Virus record (IMG/VR): IMGVR_UViG_3300028591_000070
Coordinates: 32,001-96,000 of that record
DNA: 64,000 nucleotides
DNA from: a virus
Lineage: Duplodnaviria > Caudoviricetes
Strand: one strand, 5' to 3'
The notes beneath the pieces were generated by a model. The model did not search any database. It was not told the origin of the DNA and worked only from the letters and a program-made list of their open reading frames with translations. The position numbers were made by a program, and so were the translations under genes. This document shows, piece after piece, positions 48,395 to 57,450 of this stretch (positions are counted from its first letter, which is position 1; each line of letters opens with the position of its first letter).

Positions 48395-48563
48395 TGCTAA
48401 GGTTTCAGTAGTATATATTACTTACTTTCCTCGAGGATCAAAATTCGCTGCCATAAAAATCTGTACTCTTGAAGAAGTTTCTAAAATAGAACATAATTTT
48501 AGCCTCTCTACTGAAGAGGCTATAGCTTATATTAAAATGAAATGTGAAATTGGAACATTATGA
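48387..48563 (+). CDS. small hypothetical protein
   Basis: MADAKVSVV..., overlaps its neighbours in operon fashion. Confidence 0.55.
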   Translation: MADAKVSVVYITYFPRGSKFAAIKICTLEEVSKIEHNFSLSTEEAIAYIKMKCEIGTL

Positions 48564-48892
48564 ATTATACTGAAACTGAAACATCTCGTATGCTTAAAAA
48601 ATGTAATGATATTCTCTATGAAACTACACATAAGTTTTTTAAGGCTAAAAATGCGAATGTTAGAAATAGTCTCCAAAAAACTTTAAGTTTTATAAATAAG
48701 GCTATTGATGAATATGCTCTTAAAAGAGAAGAAGAGATTGCAGAAGAAAGAGCTCAACCTGTTACATTACCTGGCGGTCAAATTATAACAAAGGGCAGGT
48801 TTATTGATGTTCAGCGAATGTATGAGTTGGATGATGAAGAAACTGCAAATTACATCATGATGAAATGGCCCTTTGGAAGTGGAAGGTGTTAA
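48560..48892 (+). CDS. hypothetical protein
   Basis: ATGA-coupled ORF. Confidence 0.7.
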   Translation: MNYTETETSRMLKKCNDILYETTHKFFKAKNANVRNSLQKTLSFINKAIDEYALKREEEIAEERAQPVTLPGGQIITKGRFIDVQRMYELDDEETANYIMMKWPFGSGRC

Positions 48893-48921
48893 TATTTTCT
48901 TTGTAGAAGGAGATTTAACAC

Positions 48922-49509
48922 ATGATTTGTCCTAATGGTACAACTCCAGTCTCAAGACTCCGTGATATGGTTTATTCAAAAGAGTATGAAGTTTGGTTTG
49001 AACCAAATGACCAGCCTGAGGATTGGGATTGGAAAACTCAAGGTTTTTACCACTCGCCTCATAGAATAAAAATCACAACACAAGCAGATTTAATCGAGTC
49101 TATCAATAAAGAATATAATGGCGAAGGTCATATTATTTATGATATTACTAAAACCTATTATGCTAATCATCCATATGAAGGTGAAGAAGTTAAACATATA
49201 GAAGAAACTTTTGTATGGCAGTATACTTCTCTTTTTGGTAGAAAGCTTTCATATAAAGTTTGTCCATGCTCTTATTTAGGAGAGCCACCTAAGCATATTC
49301 CACTAGAAATTGTTTGTTATGAAGATGGATTTAATGGACCATGTTTTCAGATAGCTTCTTGGGAAAGAGATAGCGAAGGTTATGAATTCCATTCTTGTGG
49401 AAGTCGCCTTTGGGATTATGTTGAAGAAGAAGATATTCCAAGATTTTGGAACTTAATTAAAGAAGTTGATGAATTTTTAGCTAAAAAATTTAAGCAAGAA
49501 AATGACTAA
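48922..49509 (+). CDS. hypothetical protein
   Basis: AAGGAG SD. Confidence 0.8.
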   Translation: MICPNGTTPVSRLRDMVYSKEYEVWFEPNDQPEDWDWKTQGFYHSPHRIKITTQADLIESINKEYNGEGHIIYDITKTYYANHPYEGEEVKHIEETFVWQYTSLFGRKLSYKVCPCSYLGEPPKHIPLEIVCYEDGFNGPCFQIASWERDSEGYEFHSCGSRLWDYVEEEDIPRFWNLIKEVDEFLAKKFKQEND

Positions 49510-49552
49510 AATCTAAAAGTTTGGTATATTCTTATATAGAGGTAACAATTTT
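49502..49552 (+). promoter_or_regulatory. sigma70-type (early) promoter plus SD
   Basis: ATGACT-17bp-TATATT-CTTATATAGAGGT. Confidence 0.65.
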
Positions 49553-51376
49553 ATGGATAAAGAATCTGTATTTAACGAATATAATAAACTTTTCCCAGTA
49601 CCGGCTCCCAAAAATCCGGCATCTTATGATGAGGTAAAAGGAATTCTTAATAGAACTCCACATAAAATGCTTACCTTTTCAAAGCAGCCTGGTGATGTGC
49701 CTGCTTATGCCACTCGTTCATCAAGTTTTGGAACGACTGGTATTTATAATATTTATGTAAATCCAGAATATGAACAGTCTTATGATGGTTTGCTTCTCCA
49801 TGAAATGGGACATATCATCTTTGGTCATCTTCAGTCTAATGCATTTAATGAAAAAACTTTTGAAATGAAACTTAAGTTTGCTTGGGCACGCATTAGAAAA
49901 CTTATTATGGTTGGAGATGATGTTAAACTTTCTGAAAAAGAAATCCAAGACATTTATCTTAATAAAGTTAAGCAGATTATGCTCAACTATGCTATGGATT
50001 ATGAAGTAAACTCAAAATTGTTTACTCCTGAAGAATGGGCAGAACAAGCTCAGAAGTTTGAATATGACTGGATGAAAATCCATTTCGAAGATGAAAACTT
50101 TGATGAGCAGTCTTATGAAGAAACTTTTAATGTTAAGAAAGATGACCCTACTAAAAAGATTGTAAGTGCTCTTTGGCCTGAAGATGTAGGTTTTCCATTA
50201 AAATTACAGTTTACGCAGTATATTGATTTGATGATTCGCGACCCAGAAAAGTTCTTTGAAAAACTTCTTCTGTTAAATCCACCTCCAATGAGTGGAAATG
50301 GTGGTGATGACCAGGATGATGGCTCACAAGGTCAGAATGGAAAATCTAAAGGTAAGGGTGGCGGAAACTCTAAGAAAAATAAAAATCAGCAGAGTGGCCA
50401 AGGAAATGGTGGTGGCCAGTCAGACTCTGAAGATGAAAAATCTGATGAACAGTCTGGTGGAAATGGAAATGGCAAAGAAGATAAATCATCTAAAAGTAAA
50501 GATGGTAATGGCTCATCTGGCGGAAAGCTGAGTCTTGCTGATATTGATCGTCTTGCTAAAGAAGCTGAAGATATGGATGAAGAAGCCATGAAAAAAGTTA
50601 CTGAAGCCGCAGAAAAAGCTGAAGCAGGTGAAGGTGGCGATGAAGATGGCTTAGGTAGCAGCGGAGATGAGGACGGAGATAATTCTTCTGGAAATTATTC
50701 ACCTTTTGGAACTGGTGCAAAACGCAGTGCAATCATTGATGTAAAAGATACTCATGCTCTTGAAAATGAATTGCTTAAAGCAGTTTATAACAAAACTGTA
50801 ATGAATACTCGCCAGGACCCAGTTTATTATTATAATCGTAAAAAATATAACTCAAATGTTATGATTAGCCGCTCTAGAGAAGAACAGCTTTGGAGACCTG
50901 GAAATATTGTACTTTTGGTTGACTGTTCTGGTTCTATCAATGACACAGCAATTGGAGTAATGATTAAATGTGTTCGTCGTATCGCTAAGAAATGTGGACC
51001 AAAATCTCGTATTGTTTGGTGGGACACTGAACTTGAAGGTGACTATCCACTTAATGCTGATAAAGGTCCAAAAGGTTATGGTGGAACTCGTATTTCAAAA
51101 GGTATTAAGTATGTTCGCAGCCATTATCTTCGTCAGTCTAATGATAAACTTGTAATTATCTCAGATTATGCAGACTCGCTTACAATGTGGTATGATGAAG
51201 CTAAGAAAATTAAGAATGATGTTGTTGGACTTTGTTGGCTTTATACCGAAGATAAAACAGAAACACCTAGACAATATCTTTCTGATTGGTGGAGCTATGG
51301 TAGTAGAGGAGAGGAAAATAAATCTTATGATAAATTCCTTAAAAAGATACCAACTACCTTAGTTAATATTTCCTAA
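49553..51376 (+). CDS. metallopeptidase-like + vWA domain protein (DUF2201-type, MoxR partner)
   Basis: LLHEMGH, NYAMDYEVN, G/S/D-rich linker, LLVDCSGS MIDAS, GYGGT, ISD. Confidence 0.85.
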   Translation: MDKESVFNEYNKLFPVPAPKNPASYDEVKGILNRTPHKMLTFSKQPGDVPAYATRSSSFGTTGIYNIYVNPEYEQSYDGLLLHEMGHIIFGHLQSNAFNEKTFEMKLKFAWARIRKLIMVGDDVKLSEKEIQDIYLNKVKQIMLNYAMDYEVNSKLFTPEEWAEQAQKFEYDWMKIHFEDENFDEQSYEETFNVKKDDPTKKIVSALWPEDVGFPLKLQFTQYIDLMIRDPEKFFEKLLLLNPPPMSGNGGDDQDDGSQGQNGKSKGKGGGNSKKNKNQQSGQGNGGGQSDSEDEKSDEQSGGNGNGKEDKSSKSKDGNGSSGGKLSLADIDRLAKEAEDMDEEAMKKVTEAAEKAEAGEGGDEDGLGSSGDEDGDNSSGNYSPFGTGAKRSAIIDVKDTHALENELLKAVYNKTVMNTRQDPVYYYNRKKYNSNVMISRSREEQLWRPGNIVLLVDCSGSINDTAIGVMIKCVRRIAKKCGPKSRIVWWDTELEGDYPLNADKGPKGYGGTRISKGIKYVRSHYLRQSNDKLVIISDYADSLTMWYDEAKKIKNDVVGLCWLYTEDKTETPRQYLSDWWSYGSRGEENKSYDKFLKKIPTTLVNIS

Positions 51377-51433
51377 GAAGAATGTTTTTTACATTTAGAA
51401 AACTTGATTTTTAGGAAATGTACTTAATTAAAT

Positions 51434-51871
51434 ATGGTAACCCTCAAACCTACTAAGCGTGATTTTATTTTTGATAGGTTCTTTGAAAAAAAGAATAATT
51501 ATGAATATTTCTACTATGAGGAAGACCCTACAGTAGAAAATGATATTGAATTGTTTGGCTATTCTAAGTTTGCTTGTGATGCAGCTTATGAAGATGGCGA
51601 AGTTCAATGGAACTATATTGTTAAAAATAATAAAATTTTGGGTATTACTGCTATTAAAAAAGATGGTGATAATCTAAAAATTAAGTTTTTGGAAATAAAT
51701 TCAAAACTTAGAGGAAGAGGTTTTGGAGCTGAAACTATTGAATATTTCAAAGCTCTAAAAGATAATAAAAAGTACAAAGCTATTCTTTTATATCCTAAAG
51801 ATGAAGAAGTTGCCGAGCATTTTTACAAACCCCTTGGATTCAAAGAGAATGGTGGAGAACTGATTTACTAA
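51434..51871 (+). CDS. GNAT acetyltransferase
   Basis: LEINSKLRGRGFG, FYKPLGF. Confidence 0.85.
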   Translation: MVTLKPTKRDFIFDRFFEKKNNYEYFYYEEDPTVENDIELFGYSKFACDAAYEDGEVQWNYIVKNNKILGITAIKKDGDNLKIKFLEINSKLRGRGFGAETIEYFKALKDNKKYKAILLYPKDEEVAEHFYKPLGFKENGGELIY

Positions 51872-51883
51872 GGAGTTTGATTT

Positions 51884-52078
51884 ATGGCTGATAAGGTTTA
51901 TATTGTTTGGGAAAGATCTGAATCTGAAGATACTTATGGTGACACAATTGTGGATATCTATAAGGACAAAATAAAAGCTCAAGAAGTGGCAGATAATTTA
52001 CGCCATAAGATGATGAATGATCCTGAAAATGATGATGACTCATTAGACTATTTTGTTGAAGGTCATGAGGTAAAATAA
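51884..52078 (+). CDS. small acidic phage protein
   Basis: AAGGAG SD; KVYIVW..IVDIYKDKIKAQE. Confidence 0.75.
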   Translation: MADKVYIVWERSESEDTYGDTIVDIYKDKIKAQEVADNLRHKMMNDPENDDDSLDYFVEGHEVK

Positions 52079-52090
52079 ACTAATTATCCT

Positions 52091-52441
52091 ATGGATAATA
52101 AAGAAATTTTTAGAGAAAAAGTTTATAGAACTCAACAAAAAAGATTGGTTGAGAGTATAAATGAGTCACTTATAAGCGAAATTAAAGAAATTTATCGCAA
52201 TTATGTAAGTGAGATTGGTTCTACCATCACTGAAAATCTTGTTACAATAAACTTTATTATTTCTGGAGCTGGAACTTCATATGAAGAAGTTGAAGGTGAT
52301 ATGGACAATATTGCAGATGCTTATGGAATGACAGTTTCAGATTTTAGTTGCTTCTGTGAAGAAGGACAAGATATTGAATGTGATGAATACCTAAGAACAG
52401 GACAACCTGTAGAGTTTTGTGTTTCATTTGAATACCTTTAA
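52091..52441 (+). CDS. hypothetical protein, possible head protein
   Basis: LVES/INES sites; late motif. Confidence 0.7.
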   Translation: MDNKEIFREKVYRTQQKRLVESINESLISEIKEIYRNYVSEIGSTITENLVTINFIISGAGTSYEEVEGDMDNIADAYGMTVSDFSCFCEEGQDIECDEYLRTGQPVEFCVSFEYL

Positions 52442-52472
52442 AAAAGAGGACCTCAATAAGAGGTCCTTTCTT
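52441..52472 (+). terminator. rho-independent terminator
   Basis: aggacctc-aataa-gaggtcct-ttctt. Confidence 0.8.
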
Positions 52473-52491
52473 ATTTAAGACTAATTAAAGT

Positions 52492-53049
52492 ATGAAACAT
52501 TTGATTAAACGTGGAACATCAATTCCTACAGAAGCAGATTTGGAAGACTATCAATTAGGCTGGTGTACTGGAAATAAAAAGCTTTATATTAAAGATGATG
52601 GTGTTATTAGACAACTGAGTTCAACTGTAGTTTTAGAAGATAACACTTTTGTAGAGTCTAAACAACAGGCTATTCAGAATAATGGTACTTATGTTTTTTC
52701 TGCTGTGTCTGATAATTTATTATTTACAATCACTTTTAACTTTAGTAATAATATTCTAAACTTTAAGATTACTCCAACAGGAAATAGAAGATTTACTATT
52801 CAAAATGCTATAACTCATCAAGAATGGATGACAACTAATGGATATAGAAGTCTTTCTAATTTTACAACTCTTGAAACTGATTCAATTGACTTTAATGTAG
52901 GCTCATTTATCAATGCCGTAGATAAAAACTTTTATTTTGAAATGTTTTTTACAATCAATGGATATGACTATAAAATCGATTTTAGATCTGCTGAAGAAAG
53001 CTCAACATCAGTAAGCGCTATTTGTACTATGAGTAAAACAGTAGCATAA
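52492..53049 (+). CDS. putative tail fibre-associated protein
   Basis: MKHLIKRGTSIPTEADLEDYQLGWCTGNKKLYIKD fibre N-terminal (Mtd_N-like) pattern. Confidence 0.55.
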   Translation: MKHLIKRGTSIPTEADLEDYQLGWCTGNKKLYIKDDGVIRQLSSTVVLEDNTFVESKQQAIQNNGTYVFSAVSDNLLFTITFNFSNNILNFKITPTGNRRFTIQNAITHQEWMTTNGYRSLSNFTTLETDSIDFNVGSFINAVDKNFYFEMFFTINGYDYKIDFRSAEESSTSVSAICTMSKTVA

Positions 53050-53059
53050 GGAGATTATT

Positions 53060-54160
53060 ATGGGAAAAGCAATAGTACCAAAAAGTAATAGTATTCATCC
53101 TAAAAAAGAAGGCTTATTTATATACAATCATGCCTTATTTATGAATGAAAAAGACTCTAGTTATAAAATTACAAATATTATTCATAAAGCAAAACCTCTC
53201 AGTAAATTATTTACAGCTATACAAGAAAAAATCGCAATTACGGGAACACAGTCACTTTCAGAAAGTGCCAGATTATTAGCAAGCGGCGTTACTCCTGATG
53301 GTATTACTCAAAGATATCCAATTATTCAACCTAGAGTTGGATATTTAAGAATATGGAGAAATTATGAAGGTTCAGATCTTTATTTTCAATTCTTAGATAC
53401 TTATAATAATAACACAGTTGGAAGACCTACTGACCTTATAGCTCATACAACTACTGATAAATCTCAAGGAGCTGGGTGGAATGGGGACCTTAATTTTATC
53501 TTAAACTTTTATTCTATTGATATGAGTTTAGGTTATATTCAAGATTTATCTAAAGGATATTGGAATAATAATAATGGATGGACACAAGGTTCATTAGTAT
53601 ATGATGGTGATGACTTAAATCTTTATTATAAAGATATAACAGTTTCATGGTGTAGAATTTTTGCTCCTACGCCTTCTGATCCACCTTGGACTTGGGTGTG
53701 CTTAGATGATGGCTATACTGGAAGAAACTGGGTACCTATTTTAAGTGGTACAAATGCTCAATGGACTGAATCTCAGATGGCAGAAAGATTTGCCAATAGA
53801 TATTATGATTGTTATAGAAATATAGATCAAGTAATAAATCAAGGTGTATATGCTGATGGTATTACTCAAATAAGTCTAGGTATTGGCGATATAAAATTTA
53901 CTCTTGAAAGAAGCGATACAGATTATACTATATCTTTTACTGGAAGTAGTCTTTCTTCTAAAGAAATATCCTTAAATTGTAAACTTATAGCTGGTGATAC
54001 TTTTAAAATTTTTAATCCATTAAAAGGAACAAGTGATATTCATTTTAGTGGAAATTCTAAAATAGAGATTATTTCTAGAGGAAGCTATACAACTAAACAA
54101 GAGATTTTTATCAACGATACCAATAAACAATTAATGCTTATAACAGAAAAACTATTCTAA
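53060..54160 (+). CDS. putative virion protein
   Basis: AAGGAG SD; Trp/Gly/Asn-rich beta-type sequence next to fibre gene. Confidence 0.5.
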   Translation: MGKAIVPKSNSIHPKKEGLFIYNHALFMNEKDSSYKITNIIHKAKPLSKLFTAIQEKIAITGTQSLSESARLLASGVTPDGITQRYPIIQPRVGYLRIWRNYEGSDLYFQFLDTYNNNTVGRPTDLIAHTTTDKSQGAGWNGDLNFILNFYSIDMSLGYIQDLSKGYWNNNNGWTQGSLVYDGDDLNLYYKDITVSWCRIFAPTPSDPPWTWVCLDDGYTGRNWVPILSGTNAQWTESQMAERFANRYYDCYRNIDQVINQGVYADGITQISLGIGDIKFTLERSDTDYTISFTGSSLSSKEISLNCKLIAGDTFKIFNPLKGTSDIHFSGNSKIEIISRGSYTTKQEIFINDTNKQLMLITEKLF

Positions 54161-54589
54161 TACCTTAAAGAATTCTTCAATAATTTTTTCTTTTGAGAAA
54201 TTAGAGTAATATTGGCCACCTATCTCAACAATAATAGGTTTATCATTTATTTTATGTGACTTAAGACTGTTGAGGTAGGTGTCTCTTGCTCTTGAAGAGA
54301 TTCCCATCCACACTGCTACTTTTTCGGGACTCATTTCAAATTTACCTTCACCATTTATACAATGTTCAACAAATTCTTTATATTCCCTTATAGTATCATT
54401 TGTGGCTTTTCCAAAGATATATCTTTTAGGAGCTTGTTCTTCTTGAACAGATTTATGAACTCGCTTTTCCTCAGGAGAAGTGCCTCGCAATTGAGACCTT
54501 AATTGTTTATTTTCTGTTTTTAATTGGACAATTTTAGTTACTAATTGCCCAATTACCTTTGAGATAAGGGCTTCTTCCTGTGGAGTCAT
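54152..54589 (-). CDS. coiled-coil + HTH-like protein
   Basis: LVTKIVQLKTENKQL; SPEKVAVWMGISSRA. Confidence 0.6.
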   Translation of the reverse strand: MTPQEEALISKVIGQLVTKIVQLKTENKQLRSQLRGTSPEEKRVHKSVQEEQAPKRYIFGKATNDTIREYKEFVEHCINGEGKFEMSPEKVAVWMGISSRARDTYLNSLKSHKINDKPIIVEIGGQYYSNFSKEKIIEEFFKVLE

Positions 54590-54774
54590 TAGTCCTTAAG
54601 TACCTCCTGAGCTTTTGCAAGAATATCGGCAAGATTTCCTGCGCTCTCAGTGTTCTGATTTTTAAGATTACGATTTGTTTCCATTAACTGAGCATTTTGT
54701 GCTTTGAGCTCAACAATTTTGTTTACCAACTTTTCGATTACATTTACTGTTTCATTAATTACATTTTCATCCAT
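54589..54774 (-). CDS. small coiled-coil protein (ZapB-like)
   Basis: IEKLVNKIVELKAQNAQL. Confidence 0.6.
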   Translation of the reverse strand: MDENVINETVNVIEKLVNKIVELKAQNAQLMETNRNLKNQNTESAGNLADILAKAQEVLKD

Positions 54775-56300
54775 TATTTTAATATCTCCTTTGCTTTATT
54801 TATTGCATTTTTAAGGGCTGTAAAGTCCATATTAACTGATCCATTATTTTGTTTTTTAGTAGAATATTTATTTATTGTATCGTCAACAGATCCTTCTAGA
54901 TGTTCAACCGCTTTTTTACACTTGAACTCAAACTCATTTTGGTTGAATACACCATCTCCATAATAGTCATCATATACTTCAAGTAAAAATCTTTCTTTTT
55001 CCTCTTTATCTTTCCAGAATAAATATTCAGAAACTTGTCTTAAGAGTTTTCTATCAATTGCTGCTTTTGGTGTAAAATATGAGATTAAAAACTCTTGGCC
55101 AATACCTATAATAGCAATAATAATAATCATTAAAGTTTCAGCAATACCAGACCCAGAAGCATCATCAGATTTTGTTTTTGATGTAATTGCCTCAGAAATG
55201 AGCATAAAAATCTGTGAACTTTCACCTATATCAGAATTGTTTTTCCATTCTTCACGAAGACCTTGCAAAATACCAATTACTTGAGTAATATCAATAGGCT
55301 CACCATTTTCATCAAGAAATGAAACAGGCTTTCCTTCAATTACAAGTCCATTTTCATATGAGTTGGGATGCTTATAGAGATTTTCAAGAGCTAAAATAGT
55401 ATTTTTGATTTCTTCATTATTTTCATTAGCAAGGGCATCATAAGCCGCAATAGAGTCTTTATCTATTTCTGTTTTCTTTGCTTCTTGCTGGAATTTTGTA
55501 ACAAGCTCAGACCTAGAAATATAGTCAATATTATTTCCAATAAAAGTAGGGGCCATTTTCTTAAATGGCTTTCTTTTAGCTTCAATATAGCTAGTTTTTT
55601 CCTCTTCAGTTTCAAGAGCTAAATATTCTTCATTCTCATAAATATCTGCAAGAATATTTTGCCATTTTTCAATATTTGGCCAATATCTATCAGCTTCTCT
55701 TTCAGCCGTCTGTTTTGAATTTGCAGTTCCTTCAAGATTACCACGTGTAAGAGTACGTTTATCATTACTATCAGATTTTTTCTGATCTTTGAGAGCTTTT
55801 AATTCATCAATAGAAATTGTAATGTTTGTAGCATTTCTTTCCGCATCTTTCATAGCAGAGCCAATTGAATTTACAGAAAGTGATAAAGCTGTAATTATAG
55901 AAAGAATAATTGTAAACTTATGCCAAATATGAGCTTTAATAATAGGTTTATTTAAGTTTTTAGCCCAAGAAAAATTTTTAGCATAGAGACGAGCTTGTAA
56001 TTCTTTTAGCATACCAAGCTTCATAGCCAACCAGAATTTAGCTGAAATAAAACCAATAGATATTACTGTATATAATATTGCTGCTGCCATTGGAATTGTT
56101 CCAATATGAAGCAAAGATTTAGATAATCCACTGAAAAAAGCAACATCAATTATTCCGGAAGCTATAGATAAGATAATACAAGTAACAACTGAACCTTTAA
56201 CTAAAACTGTTGAGCTTGAAAGACGTTCTTGATTTTTATTAAAAATAATTTTAAAATTTATACCATTTCTTTTTTTAGTATTTTTACTTTTATTATGCAT
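54774..56300 (-). CDS. multi-pass membrane protein with large coiled-coil loop
   Basis: Three N-terminal and one C-terminal hydrophobic segments. Confidence 0.75.
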   Translation of the reverse strand: MHNKSKNTKKRNGINFKIIFNKNQERLSSSTVLVKGSVVTCIILSIASGIIDVAFFSGLSKSLLHIGTIPMAAAILYTVISIGFISAKFWLAMKLGMLKELQARLYAKNFSWAKNLNKPIIKAHIWHKFTIILSIITALSLSVNSIGSAMKDAERNATNITISIDELKALKDQKKSDSNDKRTLTRGNLEGTANSKQTAEREADRYWPNIEKWQNILADIYENEEYLALETEEEKTSYIEAKRKPFKKMAPTFIGNNIDYISRSELVTKFQQEAKKTEIDKDSIAAYDALANENNEEIKNTILALENLYKHPNSYENGLVIEGKPVSFLDENGEPIDITQVIGILQGLREEWKNNSDIGESSQIFMLISEAITSKTKSDDASGSGIAETLMIIIIAIIGIGQEFLISYFTPKAAIDRKLLRQVSEYLFWKDKEEKERFLLEVYDDYYGDGVFNQNEFEFKCKKAVEHLEGSVDDTINKYSTKKQNNGSVNMDFTALKNAINKAKEILK

Positions 56301-56320
56301 AGTAATTAAATATTAACTGA

Positions 56321-56344
56321 AAAGGCAGCTTAAAGCTGCCTCTT
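56321..56344 (-). terminator. terminator
   Basis: aggcagctt-a-aagctgcct with T tract on the minus strand. Confidence 0.75.
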
Positions 56345-56348
56345 AAAA

Positions 56349-56489
56349 TTACAAACGGATTGCGTTTGAATTATTAATTTGCTCTTTATCCTTATAAAGC
56401 TTCTGAATTGCTTCAGTTTCAGCTTTTTCCAACTTTTCAGCTTCTTTTTTAGCTTTGATTTCTGCAATCTTTTTTGCATCTGTTGCCAT
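56349..56489 (-). CDS. small charged protein (46 aa; not in ORF track)
   Basis: GGAGG SD; MATDAKKIAEIKAKKEAEKLEK...NAIRL. Confidence 0.7.
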   Translation of the reverse strand: MATDAKKIAEIKAKKEAEKLEKAETEAIQKLYKDKEQINNSNAIRL

Positions 56490-56869
56490 TAGTTATTTCC
56501 TCCATTATTTTGGTTATTTTGCTGTTGTTGATTGTTTCCACCCATTCCACTAGCTTGATTTAAGCTATTAGTAGAAACCTCCATATTTCCTTTGTTATTA
56601 CCATTGCCCATAGATTTTTTAATATTTTCTACAAGCTGTTCACCAAACTTCTCTAAAGTAGTTTGAAAACTTTTTAGGATTTCATCTTTAGTATTTTTTA
56701 GTGCTGCTTCAAAAGCTTGCTCTAATGTTTTTTCATCTATTGGAGCTTGTTGCTGCACCTGCTGTTGTGGAGCTGCTTGCTGTTGAGGTTGCACATTTTG
56801 TTGCTGAACATTTCCATCTTCTTGGAGTTTTTCAGCTACATGTAAAGCATATAATACATCTCTTTCCAT
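56489..56869 (-). CDS. Gln/Asn-rich protein
   Basis: QQQ runs; late motif. Confidence 0.75.
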   Translation of the reverse strand: MERDVLYALHVAEKLQEDGNVQQQNVQPQQQAAPQQQVQQQAPIDEKTLEQAFEAALKNTKDEILKSFQTTLEKFGEQLVENIKKSMGNGNNKGNMEVSTNSLNQASGMGGNNQQQQNNQNNGGNN

Positions 56870-56880
56870 AAATAAATTAG

Positions 56881-57450
56881 TTAATACCCAATAGCAGTTC
56901 TTCTCTTTCCCATCTCATAAATAGTTGTTACCATTTCGGCAGGCAAAGCTACTGTTGGGATGGTACATAAGGCTTTTTGCATAATCATTTTAAGGCCACC
57001 AAAGTCACCTACGAGTTCTTTTACTTGTAAAGCAACTATAATTGGGTCGGTAATATCTTCATCAACATAAATTCTGAAAATATAATCATCAACATCTAAA
57101 GGATAATTCCAAGGAACTTGAACAGTATAAGATGCTTCTTGTTTACCTTCTTCATGTGCTTCAATAGGAGATGTCATTTCCCATTTCTTTGTTTCACTAT
57201 TTAATAAAATTCTTCTGAATGGGATATTTACTTGTGCAGGAAATACAGCTCTAATAACATCTATTGATTTAATAGAAGCAAGCATGTCATCACCTCTATA
57301 GTCTCTTTGCATTTTACATAAGATACAATCAATAGGTGATGAAACATTTCTGAGGTTTACGTTATCAATTACTTTTCTTTTTAAATTATCTTGTTTTTGA
57401 GCAAGTCTTGATTGAAAAGTACTTATTCCTAAATCTAAATAATCTGCCAT
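56881..57450 (-). CDS. hypothetical (possibly virion) protein
   Basis: 189 aa, TAATG-coupled. Confidence 0.75.
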   Translation of the reverse strand: MADYLDLGISTFQSRLAQKQDNLKRKVIDNVNLRNVSSPIDCILCKMQRDYRGDDMLASIKSIDVIRAVFPAQVNIPFRRILLNSETKKWEMTSPIEAHEEGKQEASYTVQVPWNYPLDVDDYIFRIYVDEDITDPIIVALQVKELVGDFGGLKMIMQKALCTIPTVALPAEMVTTIYEMGKRRTAIGY

